NCBI GenBank assembly: GCA_050250855.1
Contig: JBFWNW010000001.1
Span: 344,279-408,278, forward strand
Direction: 5' to 3'
DNA from: Candidatus Babeliales bacterium
GTDB lineage: Bacteria > Babelota > Babeliae > Babelales > JACPOV01
Length of the DNA stretch: 64,000 bases
Each line of letters begins with the position of its first letter. The stretch's first letter is position 1. The position numbers were made by a program, and so were the translations under genes. Of the stretch, positions 40,989-49,177 are shown one piece after another. Below the pieces are notes generated by a model that was not told the DNA's origin, ran no database searches, and saw nothing but the letters and a program-made list of their open reading frames with translations.

Positions 40989-41432
40989 TTATTTATACTG
41001 CATTTTGTTTATATTAGTTTTCTCTTTTTGCGTAAAACTATTTTTTATAGCATCGCGGTATTTGATCTCTTGAAGTGCTTGTTCAAAACTTCTTTCTTTT
41101 TCTGTATGCGCTGTATCGAAAGCATATTGCTGAGCTTTTAGGCTATACGCTGTATTATCAACGGTTACTGCTAAGCTGTTGCCTTCTTTCATCTCTTCAA
41201 GCTGTTCAAAGGGAAGATAGCGAAAAGTATTATTATACAGAGAAAACATTTGTTTTACATTATTTCCTTGCCATATATGCATAAAAGCAAACTTTTTATT
41301 ATGTTCATTTTCTATAAGGTTGGTTCCATTAAGAGCAATATTAAGCTCTATTGGATGATTCATTGTTTTTTTTTCTTCCATGCCGTGCAGTACGCTTGCG
41401 CTGAGAGCTATGAGTAGTAATAGTTTTTTCAT
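40989..41432 (-). CDS. Array 1 secreted protein, tail-less member
   Basis: MKKLL..HG-ME; YLPFEQLEEMKEGNS..YSLKAQQ; ends before any tail. Confidence 0.8.
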   Translation of the reverse strand: MKKLLLLIALSASVLHGMEEKKTMNHPIELNIALNGTNLIENEHNKKFAFMHIWQGNNVKQMFSLYNNTFRYLPFEQLEEMKEGNSLAVTVDNTAYSLKAQQYAFDTAHTEKERSFEQALQEIKYRDAIKNSFTQKEKTNINKMQYK

Positions 41433-41444
41433 GATTTTCTCCAT

Positions 41445-43343
41445 TTATTTTCGCCACCAATTAAAACTAGAATTTTTAAACGTATCAACCCATGAGTTGG
41501 TGAACTCTTTTAGAGTGTCAACGATTGAGTAAGGATTATAATACCAGAGTAAGCCTATGCCAAAAAGAGTGGCAGCAGAGCCAACGCCAGCTTTTGTATA
41601 AAAACCCATAGGTAATTTATTTTTATTTTGTTTAGAATTTTCTTGGTTATTTGGTTGCGTAGGCGCCGGGATGATTTTTTTAGGAGCTTTTGGTTTAGGG
41701 TATTTTTTTAAAATAGCATCAAGAGGAGCAATATTCATGCCTTTCAAATCCATAAAGAAAACGCCACCATCTTTTTTTAACAAAGCGAGTTTGCCATTCG
41801 TGTGAAATTCAATACCTTTGATGTCCAAAGTGTTTTCTAATTCTAGGGGCGTTGTAATGTACGTTTCTCTTTCTACTTTTTCTACGAGTGCGCCTTGTTT
41901 TTTTGCTTTTTCTAAAAAAGGATCTTTATGCCTTGTTTGAATCATTAACCATTTTTTGTTGCTCGAGTCTGAGCCAATAGCAAAAAATATTTTATTATCT
42001 TGTGCTACCGTAAAGCAATCTACGGTTTTAAGTTCATACGGAAGGTTTAATCTTTTTATGTAATTATTGACATTATCATAGATATCATAAATATATTTAT
42101 CAGTAAAAAAACCCGGTTGTTCAACTAAAAAGGTTTGATAATTGTTAGTTTTGAGAAAATCTTTGATTTTTGTATAATCAACAAATCTTTTTTTACCGGA
42201 AGTGCGTTGATATTTATTTTCAATAGTTTCATTTTCTAGCTGCCTATTTTTAAGTTCAACTTTTTCATTAAAATCATTTGCAAAGATATACTCTTTAAGT
42301 GTTTGATTAACACCTTGTGGAAAATGGTTTTTATATTCTTCAGACCTTAAGAATAAATTTGTACGCTCTTTAACCTTTTCAGGCGAATTGTTTTGAGTAA
42401 TTATTCTTTTTAAATCCATAAAGAAAACGCCATCATCTTTTTTTAATAAAGCGAGTTTGCCATTCGTGTGAAATTCAATACCTTTGATGTCCCAATCGCT
42501 TTCCAATTCTAGAGGCGTTGTTATGTAGTAGTCGCTCTCATCTTCTTTTTGTGCGAGATTATCTTGTTTGTCGTTTTCTTGGTAAGGATCTTTATATCTT
42601 GTTTGAATCATTAACCATTTTTTGTTGCTCGAGTCTGAGCCAATAGTAAAAAATATTGTGTTATCTTGCGATGCCGTAAAACAGTCTACGGTCCAAAGAT
42701 CTTCAGGAACCTTTAGCCTTGTTACATGATTATTAGCATTGTCATAGATATCATAACATTCAAAATTATCTATCGTGTGAAGAAAAGATATAGAATTGTC
42801 ATTATTTATTTGTATAGGTTGAAATGCGTTAACTAAAAAAATTTGATAATTATTTGTTTTTTTAAAATCTAGAAGTCGAGTGATATGACTATTATTTAAT
42901 ATAAAACATTTTTTATAAAAAGGATCATCTTTTGAAGAGAGTTTAGGACAAAGTTTGCTATAATTTTCATATATAGTGTCATTTTCTAACTGTGTATTTT
43001 TAAGTTCAACTTTTTCCTTAAAATCATTTACAAACATATACTCTTTAAGTGTTTGATTAACACCTTGTGGAAAATGTTTTTTATATTCTTCAGACCTTAA
43101 GAATAAATTTGTACACTCTTTAACCTTTTCAGGCGAATTGTTTTGAGCACTGTTGTTATTTTTTTGTAGAGAGTTTTGTGGGATACTTTTTTTAATAATA
43201 TCCCAATTTTTTTTAGAATTCTTTTTTAAAAGTCCGCTTTGATACCATGCTGGAAAGGTAAAAGGCTTTTGCCTTTCGGTCAACTGCATGCCATGCGCAA
43301 AGCAGGTATTCAGAGCTATGAGTAGTAGTAATAGTTTTTTCAT
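41445..43343 (-). CDS. Array 1 secreted protein with duplicated ~220-250-aa beta-rich domain and WYYNPY..WWRK tail
   Basis: QNNSPEKVKE..FFMDLK unit occurs twice; DNA offsets 750 bp (42301/43051) and 666 bp (41935/42601). Confidence 0.87.
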   Translation of the reverse strand: MKKLLLLLIALNTCFAHGMQLTERQKPFTFPAWYQSGLLKKNSKKNWDIIKKSIPQNSLQKNNNSAQNNSPEKVKECTNLFLRSEEYKKHFPQGVNQTLKEYMFVNDFKEKVELKNTQLENDTIYENYSKLCPKLSSKDDPFYKKCFILNNSHITRLLDFKKTNNYQIFLVNAFQPIQINNDNSISFLHTIDNFECYDIYDNANNHVTRLKVPEDLWTVDCFTASQDNTIFFTIGSDSSNKKWLMIQTRYKDPYQENDKQDNLAQKEDESDYYITTPLELESDWDIKGIEFHTNGKLALLKKDDGVFFMDLKRIITQNNSPEKVKERTNLFLRSEEYKNHFPQGVNQTLKEYIFANDFNEKVELKNRQLENETIENKYQRTSGKKRFVDYTKIKDFLKTNNYQTFLVEQPGFFTDKYIYDIYDNVNNYIKRLNLPYELKTVDCFTVAQDNKIFFAIGSDSSNKKWLMIQTRHKDPFLEKAKKQGALVEKVERETYITTPLELENTLDIKGIEFHTNGKLALLKKDGGVFFMDLKGMNIAPLDAILKKYPKPKAPKKIIPAPTQPNNQENSKQNKNKLPMGFYTKAGVGSAATLFGIGLLWYYNPYSIVDTLKEFTNSWVDTFKNSSFNWWRK

Positions 43344-43371
43344 GATGTCCTTCATTTAGTTTTTGCTTTTT

Positions 43372-44463
43372 TTAGTTGTAAAGATTTTCATTTCTGTAAT
43401 CAGCTTTATAATTCTTAAATAAACCGGCAACATAGCCTCCAAGGTAGCCAAACCAAGGCTTTGCAGCTTCTTTTGTTTGCTGTGCATATCCCATTAATAT
43501 ATTCATTGGGGTTGTTACTTCTGGCACAGATACTGGTTGTGCTACGAATTTTTCTATGTGCTCTAGAGCGGGTTGCACAGAAAATTCTGGCTGTTCTACA
43601 GCTACCGGTATTTCTAGCTCTGGCGTAGGCAGCGCAGTTTCAGTTTTATTCCACCAGCCAACCTTATTAAAGAAATTTCCTATTGAGCTTGTTACGGTGT
43701 TCAACGTATCAGTCATGGCCTCTGGGTAATAGTAATACGCAGCAGCAGTAGCGCCAATAGTACAAAGACCTACGGTAGCATAGAGCCACAAGCGTGATGT
43801 TGGTTTTATAACTTCACCGAATGTAATATTATTTGTTAGATGCGTGGTGCGATACTCTTTTTCTTTGTTGGCAACGGTTAACTTTTCTTGTAATGATGGT
43901 GCAAACCAGCATAGTTTGGCAGCCTTCATTATATACGGTTGATTTTCAATAGTTACTTCTATTGAATCGCCTTCGCGCATATCTTGTAGTTTTTCAAGAG
44001 GCAAGAATTGCGGCCATTGATGTAGTTGAGGAATGTCACCTTGAGGAGCTAATTTTTTATTCTGTGCATTGTTCATATCAATCCACGTTTTGATAGGAAG
44101 ATATATATTTTCATCATTTTCACCTGTGCCAAAAGCAACTGTTTTAACCTTTGGATCTAGGGTGAAATTAAGGTAAACAGACTGTTTAAGCTCTTTTATT
44201 GGCTCAACTGCCTTTTGGACAGGCTTTTCTGAATTTGTAGAAATACTGTATTCTTGGTTTCCAGAACGTTTTTTAAGTAAGTTCAGAGATGCGGCTGTAA
44301 AAGTAGGCTTATTTAATGTTTGCCCTATCTTAAATTTAGAAGGTATTTTTGAGGCATTTTGGCCGCTACTTGTCAATAGTAGTCGATTAAATTGTGGTTT
44401 TTTCTCCATACCCTGGGTCAAACCGGTGCCAAGGGCTAGAAGGATTAATAATAGTTTTTTCAT
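43372..44463 (-). CDS. Array 1 first gene: secreted protein with LP..L..REG domain and internal diverged tail
   Basis: MKKLL..QG-ME; FLPLEKLQDMREGDS; TM then YYYYPEAMTDTLNTVTSSIGNFFNKVGWWNK followed by an extension. Confidence 0.85.
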   Translation of the reverse strand: MKKLLLILLALGTGLTQGMEKKPQFNRLLLTSSGQNASKIPSKFKIGQTLNKPTFTAASLNLLKKRSGNQEYSISTNSEKPVQKAVEPIKELKQSVYLNFTLDPKVKTVAFGTGENDENIYLPIKTWIDMNNAQNKKLAPQGDIPQLHQWPQFLPLEKLQDMREGDSIEVTIENQPYIMKAAKLCWFAPSLQEKLTVANKEKEYRTTHLTNNITFGEVIKPTSRLWLYATVGLCTIGATAAAYYYYPEAMTDTLNTVTSSIGNFFNKVGWWNKTETALPTPELEIPVAVEQPEFSVQPALEHIEKFVAQPVSVPEVTTPMNILMGYAQQTKEAAKPWFGYLGGYVAGLFKNYKADYRNENLYN

Positions 44464-44510
44464 AATAAACTCCATTTTATAGAAATAATATTTAGCATTT
44501 GTCAATTACT

Positions 44511-44538
44511 ATTCTACCCTAAATAGCATAAAAATCAA
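44511..44538 (-). promoter_or_regulatory. Putative sigma70 promoter of array 1
   Basis: TTGATT-16 nt-TAGAAT on the minus strand; shares TTGATTTTTATGCT with an array 2 promoter. Confidence 0.55.
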
Positions 44539-44612
44539 GACCCTGGCTATAAATATTTTATATTAGAAATAGTATAAGGTTTGGCCAGGTTGGCCGTATT
44601 GAGGGGGGAAAG

Positions 44613-44958
44613 TTATTTTAGGTTTTGTGTAATGCGGTAGCACCTGAGGGCGCCATCGAGGAAGATTATGGTATTGAAGGCCATCAGGAGCAGATGTAGC
44701 TGGTGCGGGAAGAGCATCATGAGGCTGAATACTATAAAGGCTTCTGCGCGCTCTACCAGGCTATGGTCGTGGTGCATGCTTTTTGAACCAGTATTTTCAA
44801 AAAGAGCTCCTGCTGCAAGAAAGGTTGAAAAATGGAAAAGCAGGGCAATCATAAAAAGTAGGTGCGGTCAGAGTAGAAGGGGTTAGGTAATGTGCAGCTA
44901 GCAAGCCAAGCTGGTTAAACCAAGGTTGTATTTTTATACGAATTTGGGACTCTAACAT
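44613..44958 (-). pseudogene. CDP-alcohol phosphatidyltransferase (YnjF-like) remnant with internal deletion and frameshift
   Basis: AAGGAG RBS plus MLESQIRIKIQPWF..LTPSTLT in one frame and ..STFLAAGA..KSMHHDHSLVERAEAF.. in another; the catalytic DGxxAR region is absent. Confidence 0.72.
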
Positions 44959-44980
44959 TATACTCCTTATGTTTATAAAC

Positions 44981-45230
44981 TTAGAGCTTACCGATAAATT
45001 CAAGAAAATCATATTTTGTGTTCGCACCCTTCGACGAGCTCAGGGCGAACGGAGTAGAAAAGTGTTTATATTAAAACCGTTCGTGCTGATCCTTCGATCG
45101 AACTCAGGAGTAAACGCTGCGCTCAACACTCACTCCGTTCGTGCTGACCCTTCGATCCAACTCAGGAGTAAACGCTGCGCTCAACACTCACTCCGTTCGT
45201 GCTGAGCTTGTCGAAGCATTCGAATGGTAA
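44981..45230. mobile_element. Partial MITE/REP element with internal 58-bp tandem duplication
   Basis: Homologous to 22319-22456; CCGTTCGTGCTGA at 45077, 45135 and 45193. Confidence 0.85.
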
Positions 45231-45306
45231 TTAATAATTTTTTGCAAAGATAGTTTTGCATCTTTCTTTTTAGGAGTAAAATAGCTACACTGTAGAATAA
45301 CTAAAA

Positions 45307-45380
45307 GTGCCCGTAGCTCAGTAGGATAGAGCGACAGATTCCTAATCTGTAGGCCGCCGGTTCAAATCCGGTCGGGCACT
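45307..45380 (+). tRNA. tRNA-Arg(CCT), CCA not encoded
   Basis: GTGCCCG/CGGGCAC acceptor stem, ACAGA-TTCCTAA-TCTGT anticodon arm, GGTTCAAATCC T-arm. Confidence 0.93.
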
Positions 45381-45383
45381 TTC

Positions 45384-47051
45384 TTAATTTGATATTTGTT
45401 TTAATAATTGTTCAAGATAATATTTTATAGTAGTAAGCGTGCTGTTTAATGCTTGATAATCCAATTCAAGTTCTTCAGCTTCTTGTGTTGATATGCGCAG
45501 CTTTGCAAGTTCTTCTTTGCCACCCAAGTAAGCATCGTACGCTTTTTTACTTGCTTGATTGCGCAAGGTGAATTTGATTTGACGTATTTTTTTATACTCG
45601 TCGGAATCCGGTTCAAGTTTAAAGCTATCGCAGATAGTTGCTATTTGCAGAGGCGTATATTCATAACGTTTTGCCGATTCTAAGCCAATTTTTTCATAAA
45701 TAGTGTTGATATCAAGCCCCTTTTGCTTTAAATGATTTAATGATTTTTGATAATCTTGGTAAAATTCTTCATCATTTTTATCAGAAATTAAGATAAGGAT
45801 ATTAGGTAGGCTATCAATAGTATCTTTTATATATTCTATTGTTTTTTCAAGAATAGTTCTAAGAGCAGAGCGTAGCTCTGGTTGTTGAATTTCTTGGAGC
45901 TCTTTTTGAGCATTTTTAAAAAGCGTTTCTAATTCTTTATTTAATGCTTCTTCAGATAAAAGGGGTTGCTGTGTTTGCTCACGAAGGATTTTTTTGTTTA
46001 TTGCTTCAAGTTGATCTTTTACAACAGTGAATAATGTTTTTAATGTAGGTATGGCAAACGTAGTGGGAAGCTCTTCTTTACGAATAATGATTTCATTGCC
46101 AATACGTATATCAAGATTGTTGTTATACTTTTTTTCTAATAGTTCTTTTAACGCTAGCGCGGGATTGCTGATTTGTTGCACTTCATAAGGAATATTTTCA
46201 ACCTGTTGCCACATATAAGAAAGGCCCAAGCCCCTAGCTTTGTTTAGTTTTTCTGTATCGATAGTAAATTTACTAAAGAGCTCAAGAGCTTTTTCAGGAA
46301 CATATTCTTCGCGATTATGCAAAGGCGTTTCACCATTTAAAGGAAATCCTTGCATATGAATAAAAAAGAGATTTTTAGTGCGGTCAACGTTGCCAAATAT
46401 AAGAGCGTTGTTAGTGTCAAAATCAATTTTGTAATGCGTGTATTCAGGTTTTTTAGTATAACCAAAGAAGCGGCCCGGTGTAACAAATCCTTTTGCTGCA
46501 TAATATTCATTAAAACGGCCAGATGCAAAAGGATATGCTGATCCCTTAACAAACCAAAGTTCTGTATTCATATCCCCATCATAGACACTGCGAACATAAT
46601 CTTTTAAAAAATTATAAATAGGTTGATCAGCAGATTCCTCTATAATGAGTGTTCCCTGTTTGAATTCTTGGCCTTTTTCTATATAAAGTGTCTTCATGAG
46701 GTCTATGATAGTTTGTACATAATCTTTTTGAGAAATGGTTGGCGCTACCAGATAGTTATGAGCCATGAGCTCTTTGGCACGGTTAATAGTTTCTGTGAAT
46801 TTATGAGGAATTATTTTTATACTTTTTAGGAACGTAGATTGTAATTCTTGTACTTTTTTTTCGTAAGCTTCTTTAAGGGCGATTTGGTCTTTTATTTCAG
46901 TATAATTTTTTTTGAGCGCTTCGTAGCGCGTTGTAGCTTCCTGCGGATTTAATGACGCATTAATTTTTTGTATATCATCCTGCAGAGAGGCAGAAAGATG
47001 TGCCACGAAGAGAATTTGGATGATAAGCGTAATAATAAATTTACTTTTCAT
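45384..47051 (-). CDS. Secreted multidomain protein: array 2-type helical N-domain, central alpha/beta domain, degenerate J-like C-terminal segment
   Basis: AGAGGA RBS, signal peptide; ..LKEAYEKKVQEL; IYEKIGL..EPD..TLRNQASKKAYDAYL. Confidence 0.8.
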   Translation of the reverse strand: MKSKFIITLIIQILFVAHLSASLQDDIQKINASLNPQEATTRYEALKKNYTEIKDQIALKEAYEKKVQELQSTFLKSIKIIPHKFTETINRAKELMAHNYLVAPTISQKDYVQTIIDLMKTLYIEKGQEFKQGTLIIEESADQPIYNFLKDYVRSVYDGDMNTELWFVKGSAYPFASGRFNEYYAAKGFVTPGRFFGYTKKPEYTHYKIDFDTNNALIFGNVDRTKNLFFIHMQGFPLNGETPLHNREEYVPEKALELFSKFTIDTEKLNKARGLGLSYMWQQVENIPYEVQQISNPALALKELLEKKYNNNLDIRIGNEIIIRKEELPTTFAIPTLKTLFTVVKDQLEAINKKILREQTQQPLLSEEALNKELETLFKNAQKELQEIQQPELRSALRTILEKTIEYIKDTIDSLPNILILISDKNDEEFYQDYQKSLNHLKQKGLDINTIYEKIGLESAKRYEYTPLQIATICDSFKLEPDSDEYKKIRQIKFTLRNQASKKAYDAYLGGKEELAKLRISTQEAEELELDYQALNSTLTTIKYYLEQLLKQISN

Positions 47052-47066
47052 CGGAACATCCTCTTT

Positions 47067-47089
47067 AAGAGGCGCACAGAGCGCCCCTT
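47067..47089 (-). terminator. GGCGC..GCGCC hairpin after the last array 2 cassette
   Basis: AAGAGGCGC-ACAGA-GCGCCCCTT; no long U-tract. Confidence 0.55.
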
Positions 47090-47377
47090 TTAATTCTTAA
47101 ATTCCCAGAAATTTGGATATTTATTTTCAAGCTCTTTTTCTTTTTGCTTATACAGTCTATCTAAAGCCCTGCGTTGTACAGAACCCTTAGGGAATTGATT
47201 TGCTACATTATCTTTAAACCAATCTTCAAGCTCCTCAAAGTTGGTTACATCTAAATTCGTAAGTTCCTCTTTAATTTGAGAAAAAGTTTGCTGTTGAGCA
47301 GCTCTTCTTTGTTCTGCAGCATTAATGCCCTGAGTAAGCATTAAACCACCGAGTACTAGTATTAGTATTTTCTTCAT
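47090..47377 (-). CDS. Array 2 small secreted helical protein
   Basis: MKKILILVLGGLMLTQGINAA leader; NFEELEDWF..LYKQKEKELE. Confidence 0.85.
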   Translation of the reverse strand: MKKILILVLGGLMLTQGINAAEQRRAAQQQTFSQIKEELTNLDVTNFEELEDWFKDNVANQFPKGSVQRRALDRLYKQKEKELENKYPNFWEFKN

Positions 47378-47558
47378 GAGATTCCTTTTTTTAAAAAACT
47401 ATTATTATCTCTAACTATACGCTATTTTGAGCATAAAAATCAATAAAATAGCCACTTGGGAGGCATTTTCAGGTTTGGGATTGTTTAAAAATGCCTTTGA
47501 GTTGGGCTGGGCAAAAAGAAAGAGGCGCGGAGTTTTATCCCTGCGCCTCTTCTTTCTT
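47378..47558 (-). repeat. Array 2 conserved intergenic block, copy A (terminator, inverted repeat, promoter, RBS)
   Basis: AGAGGCGC..GCGCCTCT hairpin at 47521-47550; TTGATT-18 nt-TATAGT at 47414-47443; AAGGAATCTC-ATG. Confidence 0.92.
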
Positions 47559-47577
47559 AGATTTTTGAACATGAGTA

Positions 47578-48309
47578 TTATTCTAACGGTTTATACCCGA
47601 GTTCTTTTACAATATCAATATCAATTTCAGGTTTTTCTATATAAGGGTTGAAGAAAGACTCTGATTCTAATATTTTTTGAGCTTCTGCTTTAAAATATTT
47701 TTCAGCGTTTTTAAAATGAGGGTCTGCTGCTAATTCTAATGCTATATTTAATTTTTCTAAGGGCGTGTAATCTGGCGTTGTAAAGAGGTATGAGGCAATA
47801 TTGCTGATTACATCATAGGGCATATTTGCTCCAGGTAGCTTCTGTTTAAAAGCAATGATGGCACCCCATACTTTACCAGTGTTGCCGCCAAGGATTTTTC
47901 CATGAGAAGCATTCAATTTGTGGGCAGTATTATTTAAAATTTTTTTTGCTTTTTCTTTAAAAGCAACTTCAGCTATTTCTGGTAAAAAATCATGTTGTTT
48001 TCTAAGTTCAAAAAGCCCTTCTAGATTTTCAGGTGATTTTTTTACATCAGTAATAATTTCTTCTGTTGTTTCTTTTTCAAGCTCTAGACTTTTTTTAGTA
48101 TAAGCTTTTGCTACAGCAAGGTAACCCGGGTCATTTTCTGTCGGGTATTCAATAAGTGCATTTTGATAAGCTACAGCGAGTTCATCAAAATTTTGTGCGG
48201 CATTGATTGCCTGAAGATGGTGCTCTAATTTTTCAGGTCTATCACTTGCATTAAGAAAAAGCGTTGCAAAAGCAAGCATGATGGTCAGAGTGAAAATTTT
48301 ATTCTTCAT
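47578..48309 (-). CDS. Array 2 secreted helical protein with a different signal peptide
   Basis: Repeat RBS fixes the start at 48309 (MKNKIFTLTIMLAFATLFLNAS); AQNFDELAVAY..AYTKKSLELE. Confidence 0.85.
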   Translation of the reverse strand: MKNKIFTLTIMLAFATLFLNASDRPEKLEHHLQAINAAQNFDELAVAYQNALIEYPTENDPGYLAVAKAYTKKSLELEKETTEEIITDVKKSPENLEGLFELRKQHDFLPEIAEVAFKEKAKKILNNTAHKLNASHGKILGGNTGKVWGAIIAFKQKLPGANMPYDVISNIASYLFTTPDYTPLEKLNIALELAADPHFKNAEKYFKAEAQKILESESFFNPYIEKPEIDIDIVKELGYKPLE

Positions 48310-48482
48310 GAGATTCCTTTTTTTTAAAAAACTATTATTATCGCTCACTATACGCTATTTTGAGTATAAAAATCAATAAAATGGCCATTTGGATGGCATT
48401 TTCAGGTTCGTGCGTTTTTAAAAATGCTTTTGATTGCTAGGGTAAAAGAAAGAGAGGCGGGGATAACTCCGCGCCTCTCTTG
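48310..48482 (-). repeat. Array 2 conserved intergenic block, copy B
   Basis: Promoter at 48347-48376; inverted repeat AAAATGGCCAT-TTGG-ATGGCATTTT at 48378-48402; hairpin at 48451-48480. Confidence 0.92.
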
Positions 48483-48492
48483 TTGTATTGTT

Positions 48493-48969
48493 TTACTTTG
48501 AGATAAGTATATAGAACAGGATATCTTTATGATTATCCAATATGTGCTTTTGCTGAGAAGTAAGATTCTTGGTTTTCAATACTTCTTTAACCTTTTTATT
48601 AAGTGCATTCTCTATTGATGGGAAACGAAAAACTTCTAGAGCTTCAGAATCGTTTTCGATAAAGTTTACAAGCTCTTCTGCAGTTTCAAAGTTTTGTATC
48701 TTTTGAGTGATTTCGTCTATACCTTCTTTGAAGGTTGGCTCAATTTTCTTAAGTTGACGTTCAAATTCATCTTTAAGTACAGCAGGAATATTTGGAGCAA
48801 GAGGAGCTATGACTTCCACAGTCCACCATTGGTGAAGATCATTCAAGTTTGCTGCTTTAAGATTTCTAAGTTCATTCAAAAGTTTTCCAACGTTTTTTTG
48901 CTGTTGTGCAGCATTAATGCCTTGAGTAAGCATTAAACCACTGAGTACGAGTATTAGTATTTTTTTCAT
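48493..48969 (-). CDS. Array 2 secreted helical protein
   Basis: MKKILILVLSGLMLTQGINAAQQQK leader. Confidence 0.85.
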   Translation of the reverse strand: MKKILILVLSGLMLTQGINAAQQQKNVGKLLNELRNLKAANLNDLHQWWTVEVIAPLAPNIPAVLKDEFERQLKKIEPTFKEGIDEITQKIQNFETAEELVNFIENDSEALEVFRFPSIENALNKKVKEVLKTKNLTSQQKHILDNHKDILFYILISK

Positions 48970-49145
48970 GAGATTCCTTTCTTTTTTAAATACTACTATT
49001 ATTCCTCACTATACGCTATTTTGGTTATAAAAATCAACAAAATGGGCATTTGGATGGCATTTTCAGGTTTGGTGGCTTTTAAAAAGGCCTTTGGTTGCTA
49101 GGGGGGCAAAAAGAAAGAGAGGCGGGGATAACTCCGCGCCTCTTT
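48970..49145 (-). repeat. Array 2 conserved intergenic block, copy C
   Basis: Promoter at 49008-49037; hairpin AGAGGCGGGGATAACTCCGCGCCTCT identical to copy B. Confidence 0.92.
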
Positions 49146-49177
49146 AAAATATCTAAAATATTATTGATTTAATATTT

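Noticed and set aside
38736..41550. DGR template/variable repeats at the array 1 C-termini
   Set aside because: Differences between copies are not adenine-specific, all copies are coding, and there is no reverse transcriptase in the window.
45077..45205. Possible mini-CRISPR array
   Set aside because: The repeat is only 13 bp, the two 'spacers' are near-identical, it lies inside a REP element and there are no cas genes.
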